Of a stretch of 64,000 nt of DNA, positions 41,862 to 53,100 are shown piece after piece. Made by a program: the position numbers and the translations under genes. The stretch comes from a virus: the IMG/VR virus record IMGVR_UViG_3300023094_000009, positions 32,001 through 96,000 of that record. One strand, given 5' to 3'. Position 1 is the stretch's first letter. Each line of letters begins with the position of its first letter. The notes beneath the pieces were generated by a model. The model ran no database searches, had not been told where the DNA came from, and worked only from the letters and a program-made list of their open reading frames with translations.

Positions 41862-44800
41862 TTAATCCTTTGGTTCTTTGTAAATCCTACCCATCGTTTC
41901 CTGATTGAAGTATAGCCAATCCTGTGTTGTTGCATCTACACCTTTTTCAAAGATTTGATCATAGCTTTTTGCCCCCACCAATTTTCTAAGATTCGGAGCA
42001 ACATCATCCTCTTTATCATTGTAAGTGGATTCGATGGTTTTTCCTATGTTAGTCCATAGAGATGTCATCACAACAGGTTGCTTAACTGCTTCCTGAATGC
42101 TTCGGAACATACCTGATGGTGTGATGGCTGAAGTTTCTCCATAAGTTCTGTAGGTGATGTACCTTCCAAAATCTTCTGCAAATGTGTCATCATCGTCATC
42201 TCCACCTTTCATAAGCAAAGCCAGATAGAAAACAATATTGAGCATCACCATCTGTAATCCAACACGCTTCAAGTTCTGCTTGCTCAATTCATCCAGATTA
42301 CCAAAAGCATTTACAAAGTTACCTTTAGCTAGAAGTACATCCTTGGCAAAACTGATTGCTGAATAATACGTTCCCTCTTCTTCAATTGCGGTTTGATAGT
42401 TGTAGTGCCTTCCTTTAAACATTCGTGCGACATTGATGAAAAGCCAACCCCTGTGTTGCATCATAAGGTTTAGGATGATGTTCCTGTTAGCTGCCAACTT
42501 ATCCGCTTCAGAAAGCTGACCATCCACCGCTTGTGCAAGATTCTTTGCCTTGGAGGAAATTTCATTCATAGTAGCTTCAAGCCTGTCTTCTGTAAGTTTT
42601 TCTCTTACACTCTCCTTAACACTCACTGTTCCTCCATCTATTTCCAGAGCATCGAAGAATGTGTCATTTTGTAAGGCACTCCATTTATTTTTTATTTCAG
42701 TTTGGTTTATCTGCGGGTTTAGTGTTTTCTGATAAGTTACGAAGGATGGATGAGACATATATTGTCCATCTACAAATCTGTAGTCATACAGAATAGTGTA
42801 CAAGATTTGAGGAACAACAGGTAAGTTGGCAAATCTATCCATAGCGAACGGAGATCGTAAAGCAACTCTTCCTGCCCTCCCAGCGACACTGTTACGTAAC
42901 CTGTCTGTCGTATCCGTTAGTCCAAACTTTTCCATGAGTGCAGAGATGCGGGAGGTATTGTTTATTTTACCACCTTGTGCTGTGAATGACCCCATGTCAG
43001 CAATTACTTTTCCTGTGGCTTTTCTCACCGAATCCCTATCATAGTGCTGACCAATTATGGTGTTTTCCAAGTTATTGTAAACCCCTGTTGCAAGAGAGGT
43101 TGCAGCAATAAAAGGACTGAAAGCAAGGTTTGAAATATTAGACAATCTTTGCATCTTGATAATGAAGGGTGTCAAATCCACCTCCATTCCTCCCATGTTG
43201 ACTTGCAATTTCAATGTCTGCCTGACCCCATACAAGTGATAATCCGCAGCTTCATTGTAGGCTTTCAAGGTATCACTAACCTGCCCTTTCACTGTGATCT
43301 TGCCTTTTGTCAAACCTGTCTGAAAGGTTGATCCAATAAGTTTGTTTCTTAGAGCATCTACCTTATGTTTCGTCTTCATGCGATTTTCATAGAGGTAGGC
43401 TTCTTTGAGCAATAGCATGGAAGCAGAGAAAGTGTCTTCTGATAAAAGAGATGCTTGTTCAAGTTTCCTTCTGAACATTTTAGGCGGAAGTTTTGCTCCA
43501 ATTTCTGCCAGCTCTTGACTACCATATTCCAATACATCTATCCTATCAGTGAAAAACTCCTTAACTGTTTCTACAACATTATCCTTGACACCTTTCAGCT
43601 TTAATGCTGCTTTCACCTTTTCCAGATTAGTCTTGGAAATCTGTGGTCTTAGGAAAATATTATCTGCGCTATTTGTTTTCTCGTTGTTAATTTGATTTAT
43701 GTTAGTTACCGCTTGTAAAAGGTTGAACTCTTCAATATTGTTTCTTGCCGTAAGTTCAGAAGGACTTGCTGATTCAAGCCATTCCTGTTCTGTAATTCCA
43801 TACTTAGAAAAATAGTCTGCATTTCTGTATTTACTTAAACGTGGTGTTCTTCCTTTTTTTGGGTTATATTCAGGATCAAGTAAGGCATTATTTCCGTCAT
43901 TTTCCGTCCACTGGAAATTAGGATTCAATTGGAAATTTTCCGTGCTTGTTGGAGCCTCCGAAAGCTTACCTTGCCAGTTGGTTAAATCAGAAATCAATCT
44001 TTCCCTTTCAGCAGGTATTTTATAAGAGTACATATAGGAAGCAAGATTCCTCTCAGCAAATAAATCTGCTAAAACCTGCAACCCTTCATCCTCTGTAATA
44101 TTATCAGGACTGAATAAACCTTCCTCAAACACTTCTGCCAGAAAGTCTTCAAATTCGGGAACGGAAAACACATCAGACACACGCGACCTTTCAAGGTAGT
44201 TCTTAAAACCTTCTGTCCTCACCCTGTTTTCAGCAGTCATGTGTTCCAAAGCAAAATCAAATGAAGTTTTACCACTTTCTCTTCTCATACTTTCATAGGA
44301 AGCGCCTAATGTTTTTTCCGTATTGGACGAAAATTCAAGTTCCGCTTTTAGATTGATGATTCTTCTTAGACGCGTAGTTTCCTGATCAATTTCAATCACT
44401 CTATTTCTCAGAATAGCTGTCAAGTCTTCAACCTTTATTTCGGTGGAATCCTTTGTATCCTTGTAAGCTTTCAGAATCTCTCTTCTTTGTGAAGTAATGT
44501 CTTTATATCTGTCAAGTGCTTCTTGGCGTTTCTGCCTTTTAAGTTCATCTTGCTCTTGATTAATCTCTTCCTGCGCCAGAGAAATATAATCAGGACTTCC
44601 TGAATCTATTGAATCATAGTAGTTGTCAGAATAAGTGATACGGGAATTGTCCAGATAAAACTTAATAGCTTCCTGCCTCCCTTGAGTTGCATCAATCTCA
44701 TCAATCCTATTTCTGAATTCTTGTGAAGCCTCTCTTTCAAATGAAATTCCTTTGCTCTTGTTCTCCATTCTTCGAGCCATACCGATATTGAATGAATCCA

Positions 44801-47549
44801 ATACAAACCGTGCATCAATTGATAAGTCCTCTAAACTGGAACCTTCTGATAAAACTGTAAAAACCCCCGTATAATCTTCAGGATTAAAGTTTTCACCATT
44901 AGTAGCCAATTGCATCCTGTTAATAGATTCCTGCTCTTGAGAAGAAAGTTCATTCCACTTAGCAACTCTCAATCCTGGATAGAATCCTCCAGAATTGTCA
45001 ACAGGTGATTTTTTAACTTTTTCCGCCCTATTGATTTCATCAAGCATAGCTTTTTCTCTTTCACTAAGCCTTGACATATCCAACTTGCCATCTACAATTC
45101 CTGAACTGGTGGCTTCTGATCGCATTCTTCTGAAACGAGACATGTCAGACAAAGAATCAGGTGAGACATTTGCTATCTGTTCAAGTCTTCTTAAATCATC
45201 ATAATATTCCTTTTTCCATCGGGAAGTGTTGTTTTCCAGCTCCCATTCCTGCATTTGATCTTGGAAGGACTTAACTTCTGACTTTATTTGTTCAGTTGTT
45301 TTTTCTGGGTCTATGTTTCTTAATACTTCCTGTACATTGTGTTGATTAAATTCTTTTTCTAGGTCTTCTCTCTTTGCTTGGGGTCTTAGCCTTTGAAGGA
45401 TGTCGAGTTGATTTGTTAGCCTGTTATCCTCCATCAATTGCCTGTCCACACCATCTTCAAAATAGTAGGTAGCATTTCCCTTTTCATCACGCGCAATGAT
45501 ACTTTTCTCAAACCTTCTCCAATTCTGTGCTTCATAGGATGTAGTGTAACCTTGAACCACATTCTTAAACATGGAAGAAGTTTGGGTGTACATATCCTGA
45601 ATAAACTTACCCAAAATCCCTAAGAAAGGACTTGCGCTCTGACTTAAAGGAGAAAACAATTTATGGAAAAATCCTACATCCTTGCTCACAGCATCCAGAT
45701 TATTTATGGTATTCTGTTTTTCCTGTTCAGACATGGTGGAATTATCAAGAAGATCATTCACCACTTCATCAGATACACCTGCCTTACTTTCGTCCATTTC
45801 GATCTGCATAGTACCCATACGGCTCAAGATGTCATTGATATCCCTAACTACTGAATCAGCAGATTTCTTCTCGTTTGTCGTATTAAATTCAGTTTGTTCT
45901 GCCCACCTTCTTAGTTCATTCAAGACTTGTGGGATATTGGTGTTATAAGCTTCAAAAATAGTGTAGTCCATTAGAGACATACCATTTGTTGGGATTCCGT
46001 TTGAAGTGGTAGTTTGGTTATCCTTATTTAAAATGTTGAGATTAGCTTTGATTGTGGAGTTTAGGCTATTTATGTTTTCGAGCTTTGTCAGATTAGAAGA
46101 ATCCTCTTCAACTCTTTCCAAAGTACCTATTAGATCTCCTGCGTTATGTTTCTTGAAGGTTTGCTGAATTTTATTCAACTCATTAAATCCTTTATTTATG
46201 TCGCTGGCAATTTTATCATTAACAGTCAAGGAAAAATAAACATCATCCCCCAAATTAGATTCAGAGAAATTTGTATAATTTTCATTGAGAATGTCTTTCC
46301 TTATGTTATTTACAAGATTGTTCAGAACGCTCTTATGTCTTTGAGTAAATCTGCTTGAAATGAAATCCAAAAATCTCTGCCACAATGTTGCAACTTCGGA
46401 CGTGAAAACATCTTCCTGAATGCTACGAGCCAAAACTTTCCCAAGAATCTCTTTTCTTACCTTGTTTTCAAGTTCAATCCCTGAATACTCATCTGAATAC
46501 TTGTTTCTGTAAACTTCTGCCCAATCCCTGTATTCTTGAGTGTCTTCCACCTCCATCATGGCAGATATGATAGAAGCCTGATCATTGTAAGCTTCAACTG
46601 CTAGGTGGGCAACTTCCTCTGTAATGACATCTTGGATATTGACACCTTCTGCCAAAGCAACCACACGATTGCTTAAATCAATAAGTCCTGCTACATCTGT
46701 ATCTTGTCCATGTCTCACAGTAAATGAGGCTCTATAATTATCCATAGTTGTTATGGAGATACCTAGAGAAGATAGGAAATTTATCAGCTTAACTGTGTTC
46801 AGTTTGTTTTTAGGCGCGTTTGTGTTGTCTCTTATCTGATCAAATGTACGTGTCAGTAAGTCATTGGCTCGAAGATACAAGTCCTCTTTGTAGAGTACAT
46901 CATCACGCTCCAATACTTTTTTAAGTTCAGTCTTGGAAACAACTTCAATCCCGCCATCTCTAGTGTAAACTGAAACGTAATCAGAAACAGGGTTTTCAAT
47001 TGTAATGCTTCCGTCCTGTTCTACCATCACGTAGTTACCCAAAACTGAAGAAGCTTCATCTTGAAAAACTCGTGCCATCAAAACTTTATCACGTACATAG
47101 TTTCCCTTACCCATCATTTTACCTTGGGTAAGTTTGTCTTCAATAACACCTTTTGCTATTTGGGAAGTGATGAATTTGTTGGTGGGGGTAAGCGATGTAT
47201 TGAAAGTAGCTACACGTAAGAAACTGTTGTCTTGTGGATTAACAAAACCCAAGTCAAGTCGCCCTTCATTACCTGCAATAATAATGTCTTCCAGATCTTC
47301 CAGAGTATTACCTTTCAAGTCTCTGAAATAAATCTTAGGCTCTCCTGTTGGGTAAGTGTTTGCACTTCCTGAATTATACAGAGCTTTCACTTCATCCGAA
47401 TACGCATTGGAATATATTTGAAGAGCTATTTCAGGCGAATTGAAATAGATGTTGGAATTGATTGCTTCAAACAATTGGGATTCTTGTCCATCTTCTGTTT
47501 GTACAGAAATTATTTGACCTTGATTATTTCTTTCTACTCGACACGCCAT
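41862..47549 (-). CDS. giant putative virion/ejection protein with a degenerate zincin-like motif
   Basis: 1895 aa, mostly helical; TEEVAH...KEILGK; in a cluster of giant genes. Confidence 0.65.
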   Translation of the reverse strand: MACRVERNNQGQIISVQTEDGQESQLFEAINSNIYFNSPEIALQIYSNAYSDEVKALYNSGSANTYPTGEPKIYFRDLKGNTLEDLEDIIIAGNEGRLDLGFVNPQDNSFLRVATFNTSLTPTNKFITSQIAKGVIEDKLTQGKMMGKGNYVRDKVLMARVFQDEASSVLGNYVMVEQDGSITIENPVSDYVSVYTRDGGIEVVSKTELKKVLERDDVLYKEDLYLRANDLLTRTFDQIRDNTNAPKNKLNTVKLINFLSSLGISITTMDNYRASFTVRHGQDTDVAGLIDLSNRVVALAEGVNIQDVITEEVAHLAVEAYNDQASIISAMMEVEDTQEYRDWAEVYRNKYSDEYSGIELENKVRKEILGKVLARSIQEDVFTSEVATLWQRFLDFISSRFTQRHKSVLNNLVNNIRKDILNENYTNFSESNLGDDVYFSLTVNDKIASDINKGFNELNKIQQTFKKHNAGDLIGTLERVEEDSSNLTKLENINSLNSTIKANLNILNKDNQTTTSNGIPTNGMSLMDYTIFEAYNTNIPQVLNELRRWAEQTEFNTTNEKKSADSVVRDINDILSRMGTMQIEMDESKAGVSDEVVNDLLDNSTMSEQEKQNTINNLDAVSKDVGFFHKLFSPLSQSASPFLGILGKFIQDMYTQTSSMFKNVVQGYTTSYEAQNWRRFEKSIIARDEKGNATYYFEDGVDRQLMEDNRLTNQLDILQRLRPQAKREDLEKEFNQHNVQEVLRNIDPEKTTEQIKSEVKSFQDQMQEWELENNTSRWKKEYYDDLRRLEQIANVSPDSLSDMSRFRRMRSEATSSGIVDGKLDMSRLSEREKAMLDEINRAEKVKKSPVDNSGGFYPGLRVAKWNELSSQEQESINRMQLATNGENFNPEDYTGVFTVLSEGSSLEDLSIDARFVLDSFNIGMARRMENKSKGISFEREASQEFRNRIDEIDATQGRQEAIKFYLDNSRITYSDNYYDSIDSGSPDYISLAQEEINQEQDELKRQKRQEALDRYKDITSQRREILKAYKDTKDSTEIKVEDLTAILRNRVIEIDQETTRLRRIINLKAELEFSSNTEKTLGASYESMRRESGKTSFDFALEHMTAENRVRTEGFKNYLERSRVSDVFSVPEFEDFLAEVFEEGLFSPDNITEDEGLQVLADLFAERNLASYMYSYKIPAERERLISDLTNWQGKLSEAPTSTENFQLNPNFQWTENDGNNALLDPEYNPKKGRTPRLSKYRNADYFSKYGITEQEWLESASPSELTARNNIEEFNLLQAVTNINQINNEKTNSADNIFLRPQISKTNLEKVKAALKLKGVKDNVVETVKEFFTDRIDVLEYGSQELAEIGAKLPPKMFRRKLEQASLLSEDTFSASMLLLKEAYLYENRMKTKHKVDALRNKLIGSTFQTGLTKGKITVKGQVSDTLKAYNEAADYHLYGVRQTLKLQVNMGGMEVDLTPFIIKMQRLSNISNLAFSPFIAATSLATGVYNNLENTIIGQHYDRDSVRKATGKVIADMGSFTAQGGKINNTSRISALMEKFGLTDTTDRLRNSVAGRAGRVALRSPFAMDRFANLPVVPQILYTILYDYRFVDGQYMSHPSFVTYQKTLNPQINQTEIKNKWSALQNDTFFDALEIDGGTVSVKESVREKLTEDRLEATMNEISSKAKNLAQAVDGQLSEADKLAANRNIILNLMMQHRGWLFINVARMFKGRHYNYQTAIEEEGTYYSAISFAKDVLLAKGNFVNAFGNLDELSKQNLKRVGLQMVMLNIVFYLALLMKGGDDDDDTFAEDFGRYITYRTYGETSAITPSGMFRSIQEAVKQPVVMTSLWTNIGKTIESTYNDKEDDVAPNLRKLVGAKSYDQIFEKGVDATTQDWLYFNQETMGRIYKEPKD

Positions 47550-47552
47550 CTG

Positions 47553-47939
47553 TTATAAATTATTTGCGATTGCCAGAACTTCTGCTTCTGTTTTTCTTGT
47601 GATTATTTTTACTTTTGCGCCGATTTTGGCGTTGTCCTCGTCTACTGTACTGAACAAGTTTCCACAAACTTTCCTTATTTCGTATTTTGGCATGTTTGTT
47701 GTTTTAGAGAATCCCTTTTCGCGGATTATCCGGTATTTTAGATTCAATTTACCTATGGAAATAACTTCGCCTTTATTGAGGAAAGTCTTTAAGGTAATCA
47801 CCCACTTTCCCTTTTCTAAATCCATTTCCTCTGCAACGTAAGTAATGTTCAAGCCAACTCTGCTGTCAACTAAAACGGTACGAGATGGGTAATAGTTCCC
47901 AGTGTAAACAATTACAGGATCTTTTTTACATTCTTCCAT
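47553..47939 (-). CDS. hypothetical protein
   Basis: 128 aa ORF with its own -7 element TAAATTTG (47947-54). Confidence 0.6.
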   Translation of the reverse strand: MEECKKDPVIVYTGNYYPSRTVLVDSRVGLNITYVAEEMDLEKGKWVITLKTFLNKGEVISIGKLNLKYRIIREKGFSKTTNMPKYEIRKVCGNLFSTVDEDNAKIGAKVKIITRKTEAEVLAIANNL

Positions 47940-47969
47940 TTGTTTGCAAATTTAATGAAATTAATTGAA

Positions 47970-50135
47970 TTACAATGCACATTCGTTGAATTCTTTTTGG
48001 ATATTTTCTAATTCCGATTGAGGGTACAAATTGGTCATCTCTAAATTCGTGTCATTAACTGATTGCTTTGTGGTGACTTCTAATGTCTCCATATTCACTT
48101 CTTGTGGAAGGATAGGCTCAATACTCCTGACAGCTGAATTCAGTTTTTGTTCTGCTCGGTTTCTGTTGAAAGAGAAATTTGTATTTGTGTCGAAATAAAC
48201 ATTATTTTCCTCGACTCTGATTTGACCATAGATAGAGCCATCCACTGAATCCAAAAGTTTTCGGTAAATATTCTCTCCTGTTCTCAGGTACAAGTCTGTA
48301 TTTGGAGCTGTTATAATGAACTCTTCATCTGAAATAAAATTACCCATCTGCAACTCCTTTACAGAATCTGGGTTATTTAAAGCTTCTAAATCTTCATTAA
48401 TGTAGTCGTCTGTCTCTGTCAAAGTCTTGATTATTCCCTCTTTCTTTAGCTTTGCGTAATCTCTCAACTCTTTTTCAAAGCGGATTCCTGTTACATCGAC
48501 ATTTGGATTACTTAAAGTTATGTCTGCATCTGTTATTGAAAAATATTTCAATATTTTATTGTAGACAGGTGTGTTGTTTGACTTCTGCTCCAATTGGTAA
48601 GCATAAAAATCAGATACGAATTCTGTTTTAAGATATTCAGGATTCTCCGCAAAGCTGGCTTGATTTGTACCTAAAGGAGAGTGGTCAAAAATAACTTGAT
48701 AAAGAGAGATTTCTTCACCAAAACTGGAATCAAAGCCTATTTCTCTTGACTGTATAAACCTTCTTATTCCCTCTCTTGTGAATATTTCGTTTTCTGCAAG
48801 TTTTAGGTTTTCTGTGTCAAAATACTTTGGATCAATATTAATGGTGTTTTCAAGGTATGCCCTATAAACTGCATCATAAAGATTTTCCAGTGAAGTTCTT
48901 TGAACTCTTTGATATAGTCCTGAGTTGTCAATTCTTATTAGTCCTGAATTTTCGAATAGCGCATCCTCACTAAAGTTTGTATCTACCCTTACAATGTTCA
49001 GGGGTTTGTATTTTTCTGGAAGTGTTTCAAGTACGCTGTTCATAGGAGGTACTATCAGGGAATCTTTAATTAAGGAAAAGCTGTTAATATTTTCGTCCAC
49101 CGGATTATTCAGCATACCAACTGTTGATCTTACCAAGTCAATTACTCCTTGCCTGTTTGAAAAGTTTTGTTCTATTCCTACTACATCAACATTGTATTGG
49201 AGGAGTTCACTTGTAGTTTCTTTTAACAGTTTTTTAATTGCCGACTTTTTATCATCCCAAACTTCCTCTTCAATGCTCTCTAGGAAATCTAGAGTTTCCT
49301 CTAATTCAACCGTATCTACATTTGCCAGAATAGTATTTCTTGTTGTGGTGAAGGTAGAAAGATTCCTTGAAGTGAATGTATTCCCATCAAAAAATAAGAC
49401 AGGTACGTTAGTCTTGTCTTGAAGATAGTTAGTGATGCGATTGATAAAACTGCTTGAATCCAGTAACGCTGAAAACGCTGAATCAGCAATTGCTTTAACT
49501 AAAGAAGGCTTGGAAAAATCTCCATTAGCTGTATCAGAAATTGTTTTTATAATGTCTTGTTCATTGACAAAAGGAAATGTTCCAAATATTGTTTTTTCGG
49601 CTTCTGTGTCCTTGAACTTTGTGGTAGAAGTGAAGATTCGTGTATTGTCTGAAAATACATCAAAGTCCAGATTATAAACATTCATTCTGGCAAGCAGATC
49701 CCTCATCTTATTAGGGTTGAGTGCTTCAATTTCTTCTTGTGAATAAATCCCACTTTTCAGGAGTCTTTTCTCATCAATTTCAAAGTACCCGTTAGGTTGG
49801 AACAGGGAGTTCATTCTTGTTGTCAAAGTGAATAAACTATCCATGCCCAAATCATTCATCATCATTCTTGATTGCTGAAGCTCAGATTCGGATAGAGTTT
49901 GAGTATTGTCAAAGTTGTCAATGTAACGTAGAACTTCTTCTACGCTTGGTATCATATCATCACCAAACATTTCACTCCACCCATCCGTCTGAGTAACTGC
50001 CCATATTCTGAGAGCTTGGTCTGTGTCGCCAGTGAAGTCTAATGCTTGTTGGTATAAAGGAGAAATGGAGCCTTCCATATCAAATACAGAAACAGCTCCA
50101 TTAGTATTTACAACTCGACAACTTTTTATCATCAT
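47970..50135 (-). CDS. large putative virion protein
   Basis: 721 aa; N-terminus similar to that of the 1895 aa protein. Confidence 0.6.
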   Translation of the reverse strand: MMIKSCRVVNTNGAVSVFDMEGSISPLYQQALDFTGDTDQALRIWAVTQTDGWSEMFGDDMIPSVEEVLRYIDNFDNTQTLSESELQQSRMMMNDLGMDSLFTLTTRMNSLFQPNGYFEIDEKRLLKSGIYSQEEIEALNPNKMRDLLARMNVYNLDFDVFSDNTRIFTSTTKFKDTEAEKTIFGTFPFVNEQDIIKTISDTANGDFSKPSLVKAIADSAFSALLDSSSFINRITNYLQDKTNVPVLFFDGNTFTSRNLSTFTTTRNTILANVDTVELEETLDFLESIEEEVWDDKKSAIKKLLKETTSELLQYNVDVVGIEQNFSNRQGVIDLVRSTVGMLNNPVDENINSFSLIKDSLIVPPMNSVLETLPEKYKPLNIVRVDTNFSEDALFENSGLIRIDNSGLYQRVQRTSLENLYDAVYRAYLENTINIDPKYFDTENLKLAENEIFTREGIRRFIQSREIGFDSSFGEEISLYQVIFDHSPLGTNQASFAENPEYLKTEFVSDFYAYQLEQKSNNTPVYNKILKYFSITDADITLSNPNVDVTGIRFEKELRDYAKLKKEGIIKTLTETDDYINEDLEALNNPDSVKELQMGNFISDEEFIITAPNTDLYLRTGENIYRKLLDSVDGSIYGQIRVEENNVYFDTNTNFSFNRNRAEQKLNSAVRSIEPILPQEVNMETLEVTTKQSVNDTNLEMTNLYPQSELENIQKEFNECAL

Positions 50136-53100
50136 TTACAAAAATTGAAATTTTTAAGTCCTGCTTTTTCATTTACAGTGTTGACTGCTGATTGTGTTGC
50201 TGACTTTTTCTTTTTATCCTGTGTTTCGGGCGTTTCCTCGATAACAGTTTCAATTGAAGCCAAGTCAAACTTGATTTTAGGACTTACAAAAGGGGCAGAC
50301 ATGTCCAGACTTATTGTTACATTTCCTATCAACGCCTCTGCAATGGAAGTTCTAGAATCATTCCACCCATCTACACTGCTAAGATACTGCTTTTCGCTCA
50401 ATTGGGAAAATAAGTTGTCAAAAGCTTCACTGCTCAATCCGTTGCCTAAATCAATGAAGGCATTCCCTGTCTGTGTTACATCTATTCCAGCTCTGGCTAA
50501 AATTGAATTAAGTCGTATGGCTTTCTCTGATCCTTCCAAAGTCTCATTGTTGAACAACCCTTGGAATTCATTCAAATCAATTGGAGAAGCATTCCTAGAC
50601 ACTCTCACAGGGAAAGCAATATGTTTCACTCCTTGACGGATAATGACAACAGGTGTTTTTGAACTTCTGTTTGCAATAACTGCTGTGTTGATGAAAGTCT
50701 TGTCTATACTGTCAATGCTTGTTCTAGTGTAAAGCTTTCCATTCTGTACATAACCAATATCAGCAATCTTGTCTAGGTCTTGCTCCCTGATTGGTCTTGA
50801 TTGTCTTAGAACCACATCTTCATCAATGATTGTATTGAAGTTAGGAAGTCCTGCATAGACGTTTTTAACCTTGATTGTGTATTCAGAAGGGGTTTCGTTA
50901 TTGTTCAATATTAAGCTCATAAGAAAAGCATCATCGTTTGCAATTTCCCTTCTTAGAGATGCAAACTTTGAATCATCGCCCTTGAATCTTCCTGTATCGT
51001 CTCCTTTTGTTCCTTTCAATACTTGAACGTTGGCTGTATCTGCATTCATTGCTGTTATTCTCAGCTCTGTTGCAATTCTTGTCCTTAGTTCAGGAGAGAT
51101 TCTTAAAGTTGTCGATTGGCTTTCCTTTGCCTCAATCGTGTTTTCTGCTTTCTCCCTGATTGTCGCCGTCAAATCCCTTACTTGTTGCGTCTTCTTGTTT
51201 ATCTTGGATTGGTTTGCTGTTGTCTTTGGAAGATTGTTCAGACTAAGAAGTTCAGCTTGTAATTTTATTACAGTTTTGTTTTTATTAAGGTTTTTCTGGA
51301 ATTCCAGTTCTATTGCGTTCTCTCTCTGCTCATCCGTTATGATACTATTTGCATTCTCTCTGATTATGGCATCAAAGATAGACCTATTCCAATCATTGTT
51401 TGGATCAACAGCTAGTGTGAGGATCTCTCCGTCCCTTACATTGAAAACATCTTCCCTGCTTATATCATTATCGTAATCTGAATTGAGCGGAACCCAAGAT
51501 TGAACTCCATCCATGGAAGTTACACTTTTCCTGATCATGGAATAGTAGGTGGAAGTTTCATCCACTGAGCTGGACGTTATCCGAATTTTACCTGCCTGAT
51601 TTATCCTGTCCACAATTTCTCTTGTAATCTTGAAAGCTTTGGTTACAGGATCTTCTTCAACTTCCGTTTCCAGAATTTCCACTCCGGTTAATGCTATGAA
51701 GGCATCTAAAGTGTAGTTGTGAATACTTGTCAATACCACTCCATTCTCTAAAACTTCTTGTGAAACTGCTACTTCATAGTTCTGCCCAACAGCTAGATTC
51801 CTGTTTTGGGATTTATTGACTATTCGTGCATCTTCAATCACTTCTTCGTCTGTTGCTTCTACTACATCAGGAGCGAAATCCACAGGACTGTTTTCAAGAG
51901 CGACCAATTGTTTTATCAAGTCTGAAAGTTCAAGCTGATCCCTTGTTGTACCTAAAATAGATATCCACTGATTAACTTGATTCTCTAGAGTTTCAAATTC
52001 ATCCTGTTCGTCCAGAGTTAATGTTCCTTGATTTACTCTTTTCTTTAGTAGCTTTAGATAGCTTTTATACCCTTCACTTTCCAAGAATTTAAAAGGAGTT
52101 CTGAGGTCATTGTTTTCAGTTTCTTTTGCTTCGATTTCTTGTCTTCTGCTCTCAATTTCACTTTCGGTGTTAATTGGAACTACGCTGTCAACTACCTCTA
52201 CAACTTCTGAATTTGTGAATAACTCAACCATTTTAGGGTTGGCTCTAAATTCACTTCCATTTCTATCCATTACAATAGTATCACCATCAATAGCTGTCAC
52301 TGTTGAGATCCTACCAGTGACATCTCTTAGAGTCTGTCCAACTTGAACTTCACTTGCATTTTCAATAGCTTGAGGTTGTCCTATTTGTGTTATCTCAAAT
52401 GTGGCACTCCTTCCATCACGGCTAACCTCTGTCAATAAACCTTTATCAACTGCTCTTTGGTGCATTGCTTGTGCTCCATCTCCTGCCGAAACTGTAGAAA
52501 TGGTTGTCACGCCTTGATTACTCATAAGCTCAATCAGAGCTTCAAACATAATGCTTCCAGAGCCTTGACCCACTTCATTGGCTGAAATACCGTCAATCCT
52601 GAATTCTGTTGGAGAAATTAGTACTCCCGAAAGAAGTCCCAATTCATTCCTGAACTCATACAATGTGCCATCTTCTACTTCTGTGGTTATTGGTTCTCCT
52701 AGAATATTAGATTGCTCCTCGTCTACTTGAGGAGTTACTATTCCATTTTCAATGTCAGAAATCTCTTTCTGCAATTCCTCTATTCGAGATTGGTTTTCTC
52801 GTATTTTTCTTAAATTTTCGAGCGTAGGCTTGTTTGTAATTATATCAATTTCGTTGGTGATATCTTCAATAAGACTGCTTAATTCCTCAATGTTGTTAAT
52901 TGCGATTCGTGCATTTGTTGGTGCAGATTCTATGCTGTCACCTGTATCCTCTATAGTAACTTCTTCTAATGGTAAAATTGCTTGTTGGCTTTCTTCTACC
53001 CGTCTTTGTATTGCATCATAAGCAAACTGTGCACGAAGCATTGACTCAATCTTGAATTTTTCCCTTTCAGACAAGTCCGTGTTTTCACTCAATATTTGCT

